Part shown: positions 19,023 through 27,118 of the stretch, one piece after another
Position numbering within the stretch: position 1 is the stretch's first letter
Layout: each line of letters starts with the position of its first letter
The notes under the pieces: model-generated
Database searches by the model: none
What the model saw: the letters and a program-made list of their open reading frames with translations, nothing else
What the model was told of the DNA's origin: nothing
Position numbers and translations under genes: made by a program
Assembly: GCA_027319905.1 (NCBI GenBank)
Contig: DAHVMJ010000008.1
Location: 1 to 33,179, forward strand
DNA from: Candidatus Micrarchaeota archaeon
Lineage (GTDB): Archaea > Micrarchaeota > Micrarchaeia > Micrarchaeales > CABMGC01
Reading direction: 5' to 3'
Length of the DNA: 33,179 bases

Positions 19023-20065
19023 TACTTGAGCCATGATATCATCCCCCTTATCTCAGCGTCGCTCAGTCCGTAGCTCCTGCCCTTGATGAGTATTCTTATG
19101 GTAAACGCCTCAACCTCCTTGAGATAGAGAAAAGCGACCAGAGCACCGAAAGAGAGCACGCTGTGCCTGATCCCGCTCAGCGCCTTCCTGAATATCTCGT
19201 TGAGCATTGCGATCTCGAATACCATCAGCGGTCTCGTCTTGCCCGAACCGTATTCGGCTACCGCGTTCTTGAGGTCAAATATCTTCACAGACTCGGCGAG
19301 GCCTTCCACGCTCCTCGCGTCCCTGAACAGTTTCTCAAGCGCTCCGGCTTGCATTCTGCCGTTTGGCAGTAGGCGCCCTGATATGCTCGCGAAGTCCGCC
19401 CCGTGCTTCTTGGCCTCGAGAAGGAGCAGCACATTCCTCATATCGATCCTGCTTTTTATGAGATCGGCAGCACCCCTGTCTACGCCAGCGAGTCTGTTTA
19501 TCGTCTTGCCCAATCGCAGGTAGTACTCATACTCCAACGCGTCGCTTGCGTCTGCCGCGCTGCGTGTGCGCTTGTAAGCTGACAATGCGCCTTCAAGCAG
19601 GCTTGGGTACGGCGTGTGGAGCGAGAGCCACGAGATGGCGTCTTCAACGCTCTTCGAGGCCATCACCTCCTTGGCCACGCTCTGTCCCGTGTACTTCGAG
19701 TCTATTATGTACCTGGATACGCTTTCGTACGACTTTTTCGAGGCCACTGCTTCTAGAAGTATCTTTATGTTGCTCACGTCCCATCTTCCCGCTATCGCGA
19801 CCATCATCGCGCGCTGGTCCTTCGGCGCTATCGATATGAGCTTGCTTGTTTCCCTGCCAAGGTTTTTGCTGAGCCCAAAGTCGATGAGTTCGCTCATCTC
19901 CCTCACGTTTCCAAGCTTCTCAACGTCGGTCTTGTACTCTGTTTGGAGAAGCATTGCGGCTATGCTTCCGGGTTCCTTCGCGGCAAGCATGCGCTCCAGA
20001 GTCTCTCTGCCCACGAGCTTCGATTCCATCGCCTTGACTCTGGTGTTCGAATACGCGTACTTCAT
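19022..20065 (-). CDS. atpC: A-type ATP synthase subunit C
   Basis: YAYSNTRVKAM, WDVSNIK, IDMRN and YLKEVE motifs; operon position. Confidence 0.92.
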   Translation of the reverse strand: MKYAYSNTRVKAMESKLVGRETLERMLAAKEPGSIAAMLLQTEYKTDVEKLGNVREMSELIDFGLSKNLGRETSKLISIAPKDQRAMMVAIAGRWDVSNIKILLEAVASKKSYESVSRYIIDSKYTGQSVAKEVMASKSVEDAISWLSLHTPYPSLLEGALSAYKRTRSAADASDALEYEYYLRLGKTINRLAGVDRGAADLIKSRIDMRNVLLLLEAKKHGADFASISGRLLPNGRMQAGALEKLFRDARSVEGLAESVKIFDLKNAVAEYGSGKTRPLMVFEIAMLNEIFRKALSGIRHSVLSFGALVAFLYLKEVEAFTIRILIKGRSYGLSDAEIRGMISWLK

Positions 20066-20087
20066 TGCGGCCTTTAGTCCCGGAATG

Positions 20088-20693
20088 TCATCTACCCCTC
20101 TTCCTTCGCCTGCTTGCTGTCATTCGCTTTCTTTTGGGGAAGGCCTCCTTTAGCAGCATTGTCTCTATCTCCTGTTTGTTCTTTTCGAACAGGCTGTCTA
20201 TTGTCGTTACCATGCGTACGCTTCCGTTCCTGTTGCGCAGCTCTATTCCTTTGCCCACGCTCCCGTAGATTATCCTGCCGGCAAAGTTCTTCACAAGTTT
20301 TGCGTCGCTCTTGCTTATCACCAGCGTCAGTTCCTCCTGCGGTGCTATCCTGACCGCCTCATCTATAGCACCAGCGATAAGTCTGCTATACTCGTGTTTC
20401 TTCACCTTCCTTGTCACCAGCGTCTTCAGCTTGGAAAGCGCGCCTTCTATGGCCTTGCTCCTTGCCTCGAGCATTGCGCTTCTTTCCTGCAGCTCCAGCG
20501 CCTCCACCTGCTCCGCCTCTCGCCTGTTTGCGTCCTCAGTTGCCGATTTCTCTGCGTCGCTCTCGATTTTGCGCACCTCGCTTCTTGCGCCCGCAAGTAT
20601 CTTCTCGGCCTGGCTTCGCGCCTCTTCGTTTATCGCGTCTGCTCTGTTCCAGGCATCGGCTAGTATGCGCTTCTCCAGCTTCTCCAGCGGCAT
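20088..20693 (-). CDS. atpE: A-type ATP synthase subunit E
   Basis: M.LEKL..RI..DA coiled-coil N-terminus and a C-terminal globular domain (GKGIELRNRNGSVRM..TID); operon position. Confidence 0.88.
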   Translation of the reverse strand: MPLEKLEKRILADAWNRADAINEEARSQAEKILAGARSEVRKIESDAEKSATEDANRREAEQVEALELQERSAMLEARSKAIEGALSKLKTLVTRKVKKHEYSRLIAGAIDEAVRIAPQEELTLVISKSDAKLVKNFAGRIIYGSVGKGIELRNRNGSVRMVTTIDSLFEKNKQEIETMLLKEAFPKRKRMTASRRRKRGR

Positions 20694-20700
20694 GTGACAC

Positions 20701-20937
20701 CTATATTAGTCCCGCGGCGAGCATTATCAGTATCGCTACGACGAACCCGAAGATCAGTATAGTCTCTGGCAGCACCAGGAAGAGCAGGGCCTTGCCGAGT
20801 TCCTCGGGTTTTTCAGCTATGAGTCCAAGACCAGCGCCTCCTATCGCTGACTGAGCTATACCCGTACCTATCGCACCGCCCAATATAGCGATGCCAGCAC
20901 CAACGGCCGCGACCGCGGCCTCTATTCCTATCGCCAT
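20701..20937 (-). CDS. atpK: A-type ATP synthase proteolipid subunit K/c (single hairpin)
   Basis: 78 aa with two Gly/Ala-rich helices, IAEKPE loop and PET ion-binding glutamate. Confidence 0.95.
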   Translation of the reverse strand: MAIGIEAAVAAVGAGIAILGGAIGTGIAQSAIGGAGLGLIAEKPEELGKALLFLVLPETILIFGFVVAILIMLAAGLI

Positions 20938-20939
20938 GA

Positions 20940-22829
20940 TTAATCCTCTTTAGTGTAATGCCTTCTATAAAAGAAGGGCTTGAACTTGACTCCACCTCCG
21001 GTGTAGAACTTGGAGAAGAACTCAACGAAGTTGAGCCTTGCCCCTTGGACTATTCCCTCGAAGATTCCCAGAATCATGTTAACGAAATGCAACAATATAA
21101 AGATTACCGAGGTCAGCAGGAAGGGCAGTATGCCTGCAGACAGCGACGGAGTGAATGCCTTGTCTATGAGCAAGGCAAGTATCACACTGGCTAGCCCGAA
21201 GCCCATTATCCTTGCATAGCTGAGCGGGTGAGAGATGAGGCTGACTACCTCCGTTGCTTCCATCCCGCTGAGCGCGATTGTAGCGAGAACCGAGAGCACG
21301 CCAAGCGCAGCGGCGATCTCGGTCACCGTTCCGCTAAAGACCCCGAACAGCGCACCGCTCACCGCGATTGTGCCCGCCGCTATCGCTGCGATGGACGTTA
21401 GCCTCGCAATCGCGAGCTTCTTGTGGCCATGGCTGTTGCTGTTTATGAATCCGAAGAACAGCCCGACTATGACCTGTGCAATACCAAACAGAACTGTGAT
21501 AGCAAGCACAAGCGGCGTGTCCTTGAGCCAGTCAAATCCAGTGAACCAGGGAATGAGGTATTGGTTGAGCCCGAATCCGAAGTACTGGTTCGAAAGGAAG
21601 CCGAAGAATATGATCGCGATAGCGCATATCTGCCATATCTTCGCCACGCTGTTCATCAGGCCGTCCGGCTCGGTCTTCTTGGCAATGAACCATGCGAGAA
21701 ACAGCGACGCTATACCATAACCCACGTCCGAGACCATGAGGCCGTAGAATACCGGGAAGAAGAGTATGAATATCCACGTGGGATCAAGCTCGTCACTTCT
21801 TGGCAGCGAGAAGAACTCCATCAGGTTGTCGAATGGCCTGAGGAAACCGTGCCTGGTCATGAGCGTGGGCGCGAGTTCATCGGTCTCAATTTCCTCCAGC
21901 GCGAATGCGCCGTGCGTGGTATCCTTCATCCTCTCTTCCACCATACCGAGCTTCGCCTTCTGTATCCAACCCTCCACCACGAACGTAGAATCGGTTTTCT
22001 TGAAGTTTATGCTTGCGCTGGCCCGTTCGGCTTCAACCGAGAGCATCTCAAGGACGCTCCACATGTGAAGATAATCTGCGCGCGCATGTCTTTCCAGTCC
22101 CGTTATCGCTTCCCGCCTCTCCCTGGTCAGTTTGGCTTTGAGCTGACCCAGGCTTTCGGTCACCCTCTCTGCTGTAGAGTTGAAATCAGGCTCGGGTATC
22201 TCTATCTTCCTGACCCCAGCCACGTGTTCCAGGGTTTCGGTGGCCTTCAAATCATTTTTGTCGTAAGCAACAATCGCCGCTATTCCGTGCCTCGTTCTGT
22301 TCTCAATCACCTCATAGTTCTCGCTCAGTTCTTTCAGCGCAGGTTTGGCTGCCTTGTAGGCCTTTCCGCTTACAACGTACGCATTGAAAGCGAGCGTTTC
22401 AGCGTGCAGCCGTGAGAAATCCACCCCTGACCCCACAAACAGAGAAGCCATTCCCATCTCAGAGTCGAGCCTCGTTATCTCGTTCTCAAGCTGTGTCTTC
22501 TTCTCGTCGAGGAGCAGCGTGTCATCAACAGCCGCGACTCCTTTGGCGAGCGATATCAGTTCTTGTGGTCTCGGCTGCAGTCTTTTCTCATACGGTAGTT
22601 CCCTCTCACCATTCTTTCTGTAGTTCTCAAGTATCGTCAGCGCAGAGGTATAGCGCACAACGAGTTCAGATATAGCAGGCAGCGTGTTCTCCGGCGCGTC
22701 GTCCTCCATCTCAAGCTTGCTCTTCCTTATTTCGATGACCCCGAGTTTGTGCAGCTCTTTTACCACCCGCGCCCTCTTGCTTCTCAGGCCAACAATCCTG
22801 ATCTTCTGCATCTTCTCAGTGTGGAACAC
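20940..22829 (-). CDS. atpI: A-type ATP synthase subunit I/a
   Basis: MF..EKMQKIRIVG start (GTG 22829), EGW, ELDPT, FYGLMVSDVGYG, LSYAR (essential Arg) and RLNFVEFFSKFY motifs. Confidence 0.95.
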   Translation of the reverse strand: MFHTEKMQKIRIVGLRSKRARVVKELHKLGVIEIRKSKLEMEDDAPENTLPAISELVVRYTSALTILENYRKNGERELPYEKRLQPRPQELISLAKGVAAVDDTLLLDEKKTQLENEITRLDSEMGMASLFVGSGVDFSRLHAETLAFNAYVVSGKAYKAAKPALKELSENYEVIENRTRHGIAAIVAYDKNDLKATETLEHVAGVRKIEIPEPDFNSTAERVTESLGQLKAKLTRERREAITGLERHARADYLHMWSVLEMLSVEAERASASINFKKTDSTFVVEGWIQKAKLGMVEERMKDTTHGAFALEEIETDELAPTLMTRHGFLRPFDNLMEFFSLPRSDELDPTWIFILFFPVFYGLMVSDVGYGIASLFLAWFIAKKTEPDGLMNSVAKIWQICAIAIIFFGFLSNQYFGFGLNQYLIPWFTGFDWLKDTPLVLAITVLFGIAQVIVGLFFGFINSNSHGHKKLAIARLTSIAAIAAGTIAVSGALFGVFSGTVTEIAAALGVLSVLATIALSGMEATEVVSLISHPLSYARIMGFGLASVILALLIDKAFTPSLSAGILPFLLTSVIFILLHFVNMILGIFEGIVQGARLNFVEFFSKFYTGGGVKFKPFFYRRHYTKED

Positions 22830-22830
22830 T

Positions 22831-23157
22831 CTAGGCACCAAGTATTAGCTCAACGGTTTTTTTCGCCACGCTCTCCAGCACGCGTATCGCTATCTTTGTT
22901 CTCGCAAGCGTCTGCGCTTCACTCTTTATCAGCTCGGTCCTGTGCTGGCGCGTCTTTTCCATCTTCTCCTTTGCGTCCTCCAGTATCTTTCTGCTCTTTT
23001 CCTCAGCCTTGACGCCAGCCTGCTGAAGCATTTCAGCCGATTCTTTGTTCGCCTCTTCGATGAGCCGTTTCGCATTCGATTCGGAGTTTGCGGCTATCTC
23101 CTTCGCTCTGCTCTCCGCGTCCTGCACTTTCTTTATCGCCTCCATTCCCCCGTCCAT
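22831..23157 (-). CDS. atpH: A-type ATP synthase subunit H (G)
   Basis: 108-aa charged coiled coil (EAIKKV..AE..A); first gene of the canonical H-I-K-E-C-F-A-B-D order. Confidence 0.85.
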   Translation of the reverse strand: MDGGMEAIKKVQDAESRAKEIAANSESNAKRLIEEANKESAEMLQQAGVKAEEKSRKILEDAKEKMEKTRQHRTELIKSEAQTLARTKIAIRVLESVAKKTVELILGA

Positions 23158-23185
23158 TCTCTCAAGGAAAATTGCAACCCAATTC

Positions 23186-23198
23186 TTATTAGGCTTTA
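23186..23198 (-). promoter_or_regulatory. BRE/TATA-like element of the ATP synthase operon (copy 1 of a 13-bp direct repeat)
   Basis: TAAAGCCTAATAA on the - strand, followed by 28 nt and then the atpH ATG (23157). Confidence 0.6.
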
Positions 23199-23201
23199 CC
23201 T

Positions 23202-23819
23202 CTAGGTTCCCGCTTCCTTAAGCTTGGTTTTTATGGCTTCTATTATCTCCTTTATTACGTCGTCCGTAGTCCTCGCGTTCTCCGGAAGTTCCTGGGGGTT
23301 GGAGACCATAAGTCCTCTGAGCCCAATCCATCGCCTCCCTCCTGCAACCGCCAACGTATCAGCCGAGAACTGGAGCCACCCCTTCGCGCTAGGTACTCTT
23401 ATCGCACTGCCGCCTCGCAGCGTCCAGAACTCACGATCCGTGTCAACGCCGTACAGCTTGAGAACGTCCTCAGAATCGGATTTCACAAGGTAGCCCAGCG
23501 GTCCGTATGTAGTCTTTAACAGCTCTTCAAAATCTTTCAGAAGCTCGTTTAGGATGTGTTTCTCCTCTCCTGTGTTGTTCGCGTTCTCCCGCTTGGGCCC
23601 TGCAGGAACAGGCTTTCCGGTTTTGATCTCTTCTTCCATCTCCCTGGCCGCCTCGTCCTCCGAGAGGTCCCCCATCAACGCCTCGAGCTTGTCCTCAAGC
23701 GCCTTTATCCTGCCGATAAGCGGCTCGTTCTCTATATTCCTGTATACTTCCTTTTCGCTGCCCATGCTCTCCGGATAGTCGGCTCCGCCCACCAGATACG
23801 CATCTCCGCTTCCGGCCAT
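23202..23819 (-). CDS. Hypothetical soluble protein (N-terminal acidic coiled-coil, low-complexity linker, small C-terminal alpha/beta domain)
   Basis: 205-codon ORF from ATG 23819 with genome-like codon style; no family recognised. Confidence 0.75.
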   Translation of the reverse strand: MAGSGDAYLVGGADYPESMGSEKEVYRNIENEPLIGRIKALEDKLEALMGDLSEDEAAREMEEEIKTGKPVPAGPKRENANNTGEEKHILNELLKDFEELLKTTYGPLGYLVKSDSEDVLKLYGVDTDREFWTLRGGSAIRVPSAKGWLQFSADTLAVAGGRRWIGLRGLMVSNPQELPENARTTDDVIKEIIEAIKTKLKEAGT

Positions 23820-23847
23820 AAAATCATCAGGACATCGCAACAAGTTA

Positions 23848-23860
23848 TTATTAGGCTTTA
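23848..23860 (-). repeat. Copy 2 of the 13-bp direct repeat TAAAGCCTAATAA (promoter-like)
   Basis: Exact match to 23186-23198; also followed by 28 nt and then an ATG (23819); overlaps the stop codon of the ACT gene. Confidence 0.7.
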
Positions 23861-24459
23861 TGTCTCCCGGGGCGCGTTATCTCAGAGAGCAGCCCATATG
23901 CTCGTAATGCATCCTCCCTTCGCACCACAACTATCGTTTCTGTATAGCAGGAGATAAACTCCACGATGTTTATCCCCTCTTCAGCAAGTACGGATGTCAG
24001 GAAGGCCACAACCCCCGGAACCTTCTCGACCTTCTCTCCTGAAGATATCACCACCGCGGAGCAGTTCTCGTTCACCCGCACTATTCCGCGCTCCCATTTC
24101 GCATGCACTGACTCTAGGGGCTTGCTGGTAAGGTATACGTAATAGGAACCCGCCTTTACCTCGGCATCGTTCTCAATCTCGAGTTTTTCGCTGGCTATTA
24201 TGACCCTTCTGCCGTCAAGGAGCGTCACCGAGTTCTCGCTGAGTACGGGTAGCGCGCTCAGCTCTATGCTCTTCTTTTTCTTTCGCAGCTCCTCAGCATA
24301 TCTCCTTATCGCCGCCTTGACTGCCTGATAGCTTCCGATCTCCAGCTCACGCTGTACCTCGCGTGCCATGGAACTAACATTCGCAATGTCCCTTTCCAGT
24401 GCCTCAACAGCGTATGGCCTGCTTTTCAGGTGCACGCGCACCTCATTTGCGACGGTCAT
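23851..24459 (-). CDS. ACT domain-containing protein with an N-terminal helical (HTH-like) domain; putative ligand-responsive regulator
   Basis: N-terminal V...L..RPY...L..DIAN.S..AR...A.KAAIRRY pattern; C-terminal ACT-like VPGVVAFLTSVLAEEGINIVEFISCYTETIVVV. Confidence 0.82.
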   Translation of the reverse strand: MTVANEVRVHLKSRPYAVEALERDIANVSSMAREVQRELEIGSYQAVKAAIRRYAEELRKKKKSIELSALPVLSENSVTLLDGRRVIIASEKLEIENDAEVKAGSYYVYLTSKPLESVHAKWERGIVRVNENCSAVVISSGEKVEKVPGVVAFLTSVLAEEGINIVEFISCYTETIVVVRREDALRAYGLLSEITRPGRHKA

Positions 24460-24476
24460 TTCCTCAATTTTGTATT

Positions 24477-24499
24477 ATTTGATACATTTTATATCAAAT
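24477..24499. promoter_or_regulatory. Palindromic operator-like site overlapping the ACT gene TATA box
   Basis: ATTTGATA-CATTTTA-TATCAAAT (perfect 8-bp arms, 7-nt spacer), flanked by further TTGTA/TACAA symmetry. Confidence 0.65.
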
Positions 24500-24527
24500 T
24501 TGTTACAATTAAGCCGCAGAATTAATA

Positions 24528-24534
24528 TTTAAAA
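24528..24534 (+). promoter_or_regulatory. TATA box of the 24561-26428 operon
   Basis: TTTAAAA 27-33 nt upstream of ATG 24561. Confidence 0.55.
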
Positions 24535-24560
24535 CTTGGCATAATAGCTTTGGTATTCAG

Positions 24561-25640
24561 ATGCAAGAGAAGATCGCGGGGAAGGGAGAACTAAGCGCCG
24601 ATCCGCTTCTGAGCAGCGTGAGAGGCAAGAGCACAGCCGATACGCACAAACATGCCTTTGTTGCAAGCCTGAAGGAGGTGGCATCAGACCTGCAAAGCAA
24701 TTCGCTGGCTGAAAAGTATGCCGATGCACTCTTCGCCAAAATCAACAAGGATGGGGATAAGAGCGTCGCGGAGATAGTCAAAGAGGGGGAGAAGGAGTTC
24801 TATCACATAGGGAAAGACGTCCTGGGCCCCATTGCGGCAAGCTTCGTCGATACCGTGCTGCAAGAGTGCCACGGCATGGCCATATTCCCTGCAAGGGATG
24901 CAACACCCTTCTGGTACGCCGCAAAGGCACTCAAGGGCGCAAACCCCGGCAAGTACCCTGTGGCATCAGAGAACATAATCAATCCTGTGTTCAACAGAAC
25001 AATCTGGGGCATCGCCGACGAGCAAGATGCGGGGAGCGATCCACTGTCTCTAGATCAACCTCTCGTCAAGAAGCTCCTGAGCCAGATGGGCTTTTTCTCA
25101 AGTACGGAGAAGGTGTTTGTAGAAGTCGGCAGCTGGGGGTCTATGGTCCATCAACTCAACACATCCATGCAGACAGGCGAACTGCCAAAGGAGAAATTCA
25201 AGGTGTACTTCTTCTATACGCACCTTCCGGAATACATCTACGGCTTTACCAACATACACGGAGACATGTTACCAGGCGGCGTACTCGAGACAATAGCGGA
25301 TACCTGGGAGGCTTTCCCGAAATTGTTCAAGAAGCCCACAAAGCTTGTTGAGAAGAACGATATAGTCGAAGCTGACCTCGATGGTAAACTGGTCGACTCC
25401 GCGTTCTTACCGGCCTGGACATTCGCAGCCCTGCACGGAGTAACCGATGCGGCGCTGGATTTTGCGGATGAGAAGCAGCATTCAACGCCCCGTGACGAAC
25501 TGATCAAGCTCTGGAAGCTGTCCAAAGCTGCAAAGACCGGAACATTTACCGGGGTGCTGCCCACGCACACGGAGACGTGGTCGGAAGGCGAGAAATGGAA
25601 AGCCGCGTGGAAGTGGGGGCCCGTACCCCCTCTGGTGTGA
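24561..25640 (+). CDS. Hypothetical protein resembling a stand-alone glycan phosphoribosyltransferase (gPRT)-like domain
   Basis: Ordered motifs IG..VLGP....F, IFPARDA, FNR, LLSQMG and VEVGSWGS match, by eye, the lG..vlGP...F / FlaRDG / SR / Yl.q.G / vDiGw.GS pattern of the non-HAD domain of COG5610-type ribofuranosyltransferases. The CDS itself is secure; the function is inferred. Confidence 0.55.
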   Translation: MQEKIAGKGELSADPLLSSVRGKSTADTHKHAFVASLKEVASDLQSNSLAEKYADALFAKINKDGDKSVAEIVKEGEKEFYHIGKDVLGPIAASFVDTVLQECHGMAIFPARDATPFWYAAKALKGANPGKYPVASENIINPVFNRTIWGIADEQDAGSDPLSLDQPLVKKLLSQMGFFSSTEKVFVEVGSWGSMVHQLNTSMQTGELPKEKFKVYFFYTHLPEYIYGFTNIHGDMLPGGVLETIADTWEAFPKLFKKPTKLVEKNDIVEADLDGKLVDSAFLPAWTFAALHGVTDAALDFADEKQHSTPRDELIKLWKLSKAAKTGTFTGVLPTHTETWSEGEKWKAAWKWGPVPPLV

Positions 25641-25642
25641 AC

Positions 25643-26428
25643 ATGGGAAGCAATTTCTGGAAGGTCTTCCATTCAAAGAAGCCGCTCATAGGCATGATCC
25701 ATCTGCCTCCGCTTCCCGCCTATCCTGCGTCTCCTGGTATCGACAAGATAATTGAGAAGGCGATTGCAGATCTGCACGTTCTTGAACAATCAGGATTCGA
25801 TGGTGCGCTTGTAGAAAATGACAATGACCAGCCACATCAGATAGGCGTAAGCGCGGAGATACGTACTGCATTCACCCAAATCATGAAAACTGTGGTGGCA
25901 AATGCCATCATACCTGTGGGATTGGAGATAATATACGACATGAAGGCTACGGTAGAGGTGGCGCACGAAGTGGGCGCGACTTTCGTCAGACTAGACGTTT
26001 TCGTCGACAACGTACTGACGAAATGGGGCAAGATTGAGGCGCAAGCCGCAGAGCTCTCCAAACTGAACGAGGAGCTTCCGGGCCAAAAGCCGCTTCTGCT
26101 TACTGACATACAGGTGAAACACGCGCAGATGCTTGACAGCAAAAGCATAACAGAGTCGGCGAGTGATGCAATCGCGCATGGATCAGATGCCATAATAGTC
26201 ACCGGAGAGTGGACGGGGCAGCCGCCAACGCTTGAGGACTGTATTTCGGCTAAGACGCTGGCCAAGGATTTCCCAGTCATAGTGGGAAGCGGACTCGACG
26301 CTAGAAATGCAGGTTCTCTACTGGAGTACTGTGATGGAGCGATTGTCGGTACGTCGATAAAATCCGGGGCATTTGTAGACGCTGCCAAGGCGTCAGAACT
26401 GGTGGCCAGCGTCAAAAAGTTGAGCTAG
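25643..26428 (+). CDS. BtpA/SgcQ family TIM-barrel protein
   Basis: KPLIGMIHLPPLP, DG..VEN.NDQP, DIQVKHA, DAIIVTG..TG, VGSG and DGAIVGTS motifs. ATG 25643 has a GGTG ribosome-binding site and lies 2 nt after the upstream stop. Confidence 0.92.
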   Translation: MGSNFWKVFHSKKPLIGMIHLPPLPAYPASPGIDKIIEKAIADLHVLEQSGFDGALVENDNDQPHQIGVSAEIRTAFTQIMKTVVANAIIPVGLEIIYDMKATVEVAHEVGATFVRLDVFVDNVLTKWGKIEAQAAELSKLNEELPGQKPLLLTDIQVKHAQMLDSKSITESASDAIAHGSDAIIVTGEWTGQPPTLEDCISAKTLAKDFPVIVGSGLDARNAGSLLEYCDGAIVGTSIKSGAFVDAAKASELVASVKKLS

Positions 26429-27075
26429 CCCAGTTGCTCTTTGGCATTGCTGCTCGGGCAGATGTCTTTGAGCACGCAGCGATAGCACTCCCTGTTCCTC
26501 GCCTTGCAAGCGTCACGTCCCAGCTCTATGAACGTGTTGGATACCCGCCCCCAATCGTTTTTCGGGTAGGCGTGCAGGAGCGACATTTCTGTCTTGTACG
26601 GATCCTTGCTCCTAGAAAACCCAAGGCGTCTCGCCACCCTTCCCGCATGCGTGTCAACCGCTATGCCCTCGTCTATGCCGTAGCCCTCGTTGAGCACCAC
26701 GTTCGCCACCTTCCTGCCCACACCAGGCAGCTCCATCATCTCTTTCAACGTGCGTGGCACTCTACCATGAAACCTCTCCCCGATCATTCTTGCAGACTCC
26801 CTGAGGTGTTTTGCCTTCGTCTTGTAGTAGTTCATGCCCTTCAGATATCTCCTCAGAGTCTTCGGGTCCGAGTTTGCATAATCGGCAAACGTATTGAACT
26901 TCCTGAATAGCTTCTGCGTTGTCTTGTTGGTCTGCACATCTGTTGACTGCGGCGATAGCAGAACGGCCACAAACAGATGGGTCATGTTCTTGTGTTTTAG
27001 CTGCGTGTGCAGCTCGACCCCGTACCGCCTTGACAGGCGCCTCAGCACAAGCCTCGCGTAATCTCGGCTGGGCAT
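26425..27075 (-). CDS. nth: Endonuclease III (HhH-GPD, 4Fe-4S)
   Basis: VAVLLSPQSTD, LPGVGRKVANVVL, AVDTH and C-x6-C-x2-C-x5-C motifs; ATG 27075. Confidence 0.95.
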   Translation of the reverse strand: MPSRDYARLVLRRLSRRYGVELHTQLKHKNMTHLFVAVLLSPQSTDVQTNKTTQKLFRKFNTFADYANSDPKTLRRYLKGMNYYKTKAKHLRESARMIGERFHGRVPRTLKEMMELPGVGRKVANVVLNEGYGIDEGIAVDTHAGRVARRLGFSRSKDPYKTEMSLLHAYPKNDWGRVSNTFIELGRDACKARNRECYRCVLKDICPSSNAKEQLG

Positions 27076-27118
27076 AGTATCATAAAAATACCTGATTCCA
27101 ATTAATAAAGGGGTTCCC
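27076..27118. promoter_or_regulatory. 43-bp divergent promoter region (nth / amrB)
   Basis: CATAAAAA on + (27081-27088) and TTTATTAA on - (~27102-27109), each about 27-38 nt from a start codon. Confidence 0.5.

Noticed and set aside
14245..22415. Long plus-strand ORFs (e.g. 14245..15213, 15947..16786, 19614..20153, 21423..22415)
   Set aside because: They lie antisense to well-supported ATP synthase and dph6 genes, as expected from codon bias, and have no protein-like motifs.
25577..25642. ORF-track N-terminal extension of the BtpA-like gene (likewise nth to 27147, GT4 to 29972, and the orphan to 31076)
   Set aside because: These extensions overlap neighbouring genes or promoters. Downstream starts fit the family N-termini and RBS/TATA spacing better.
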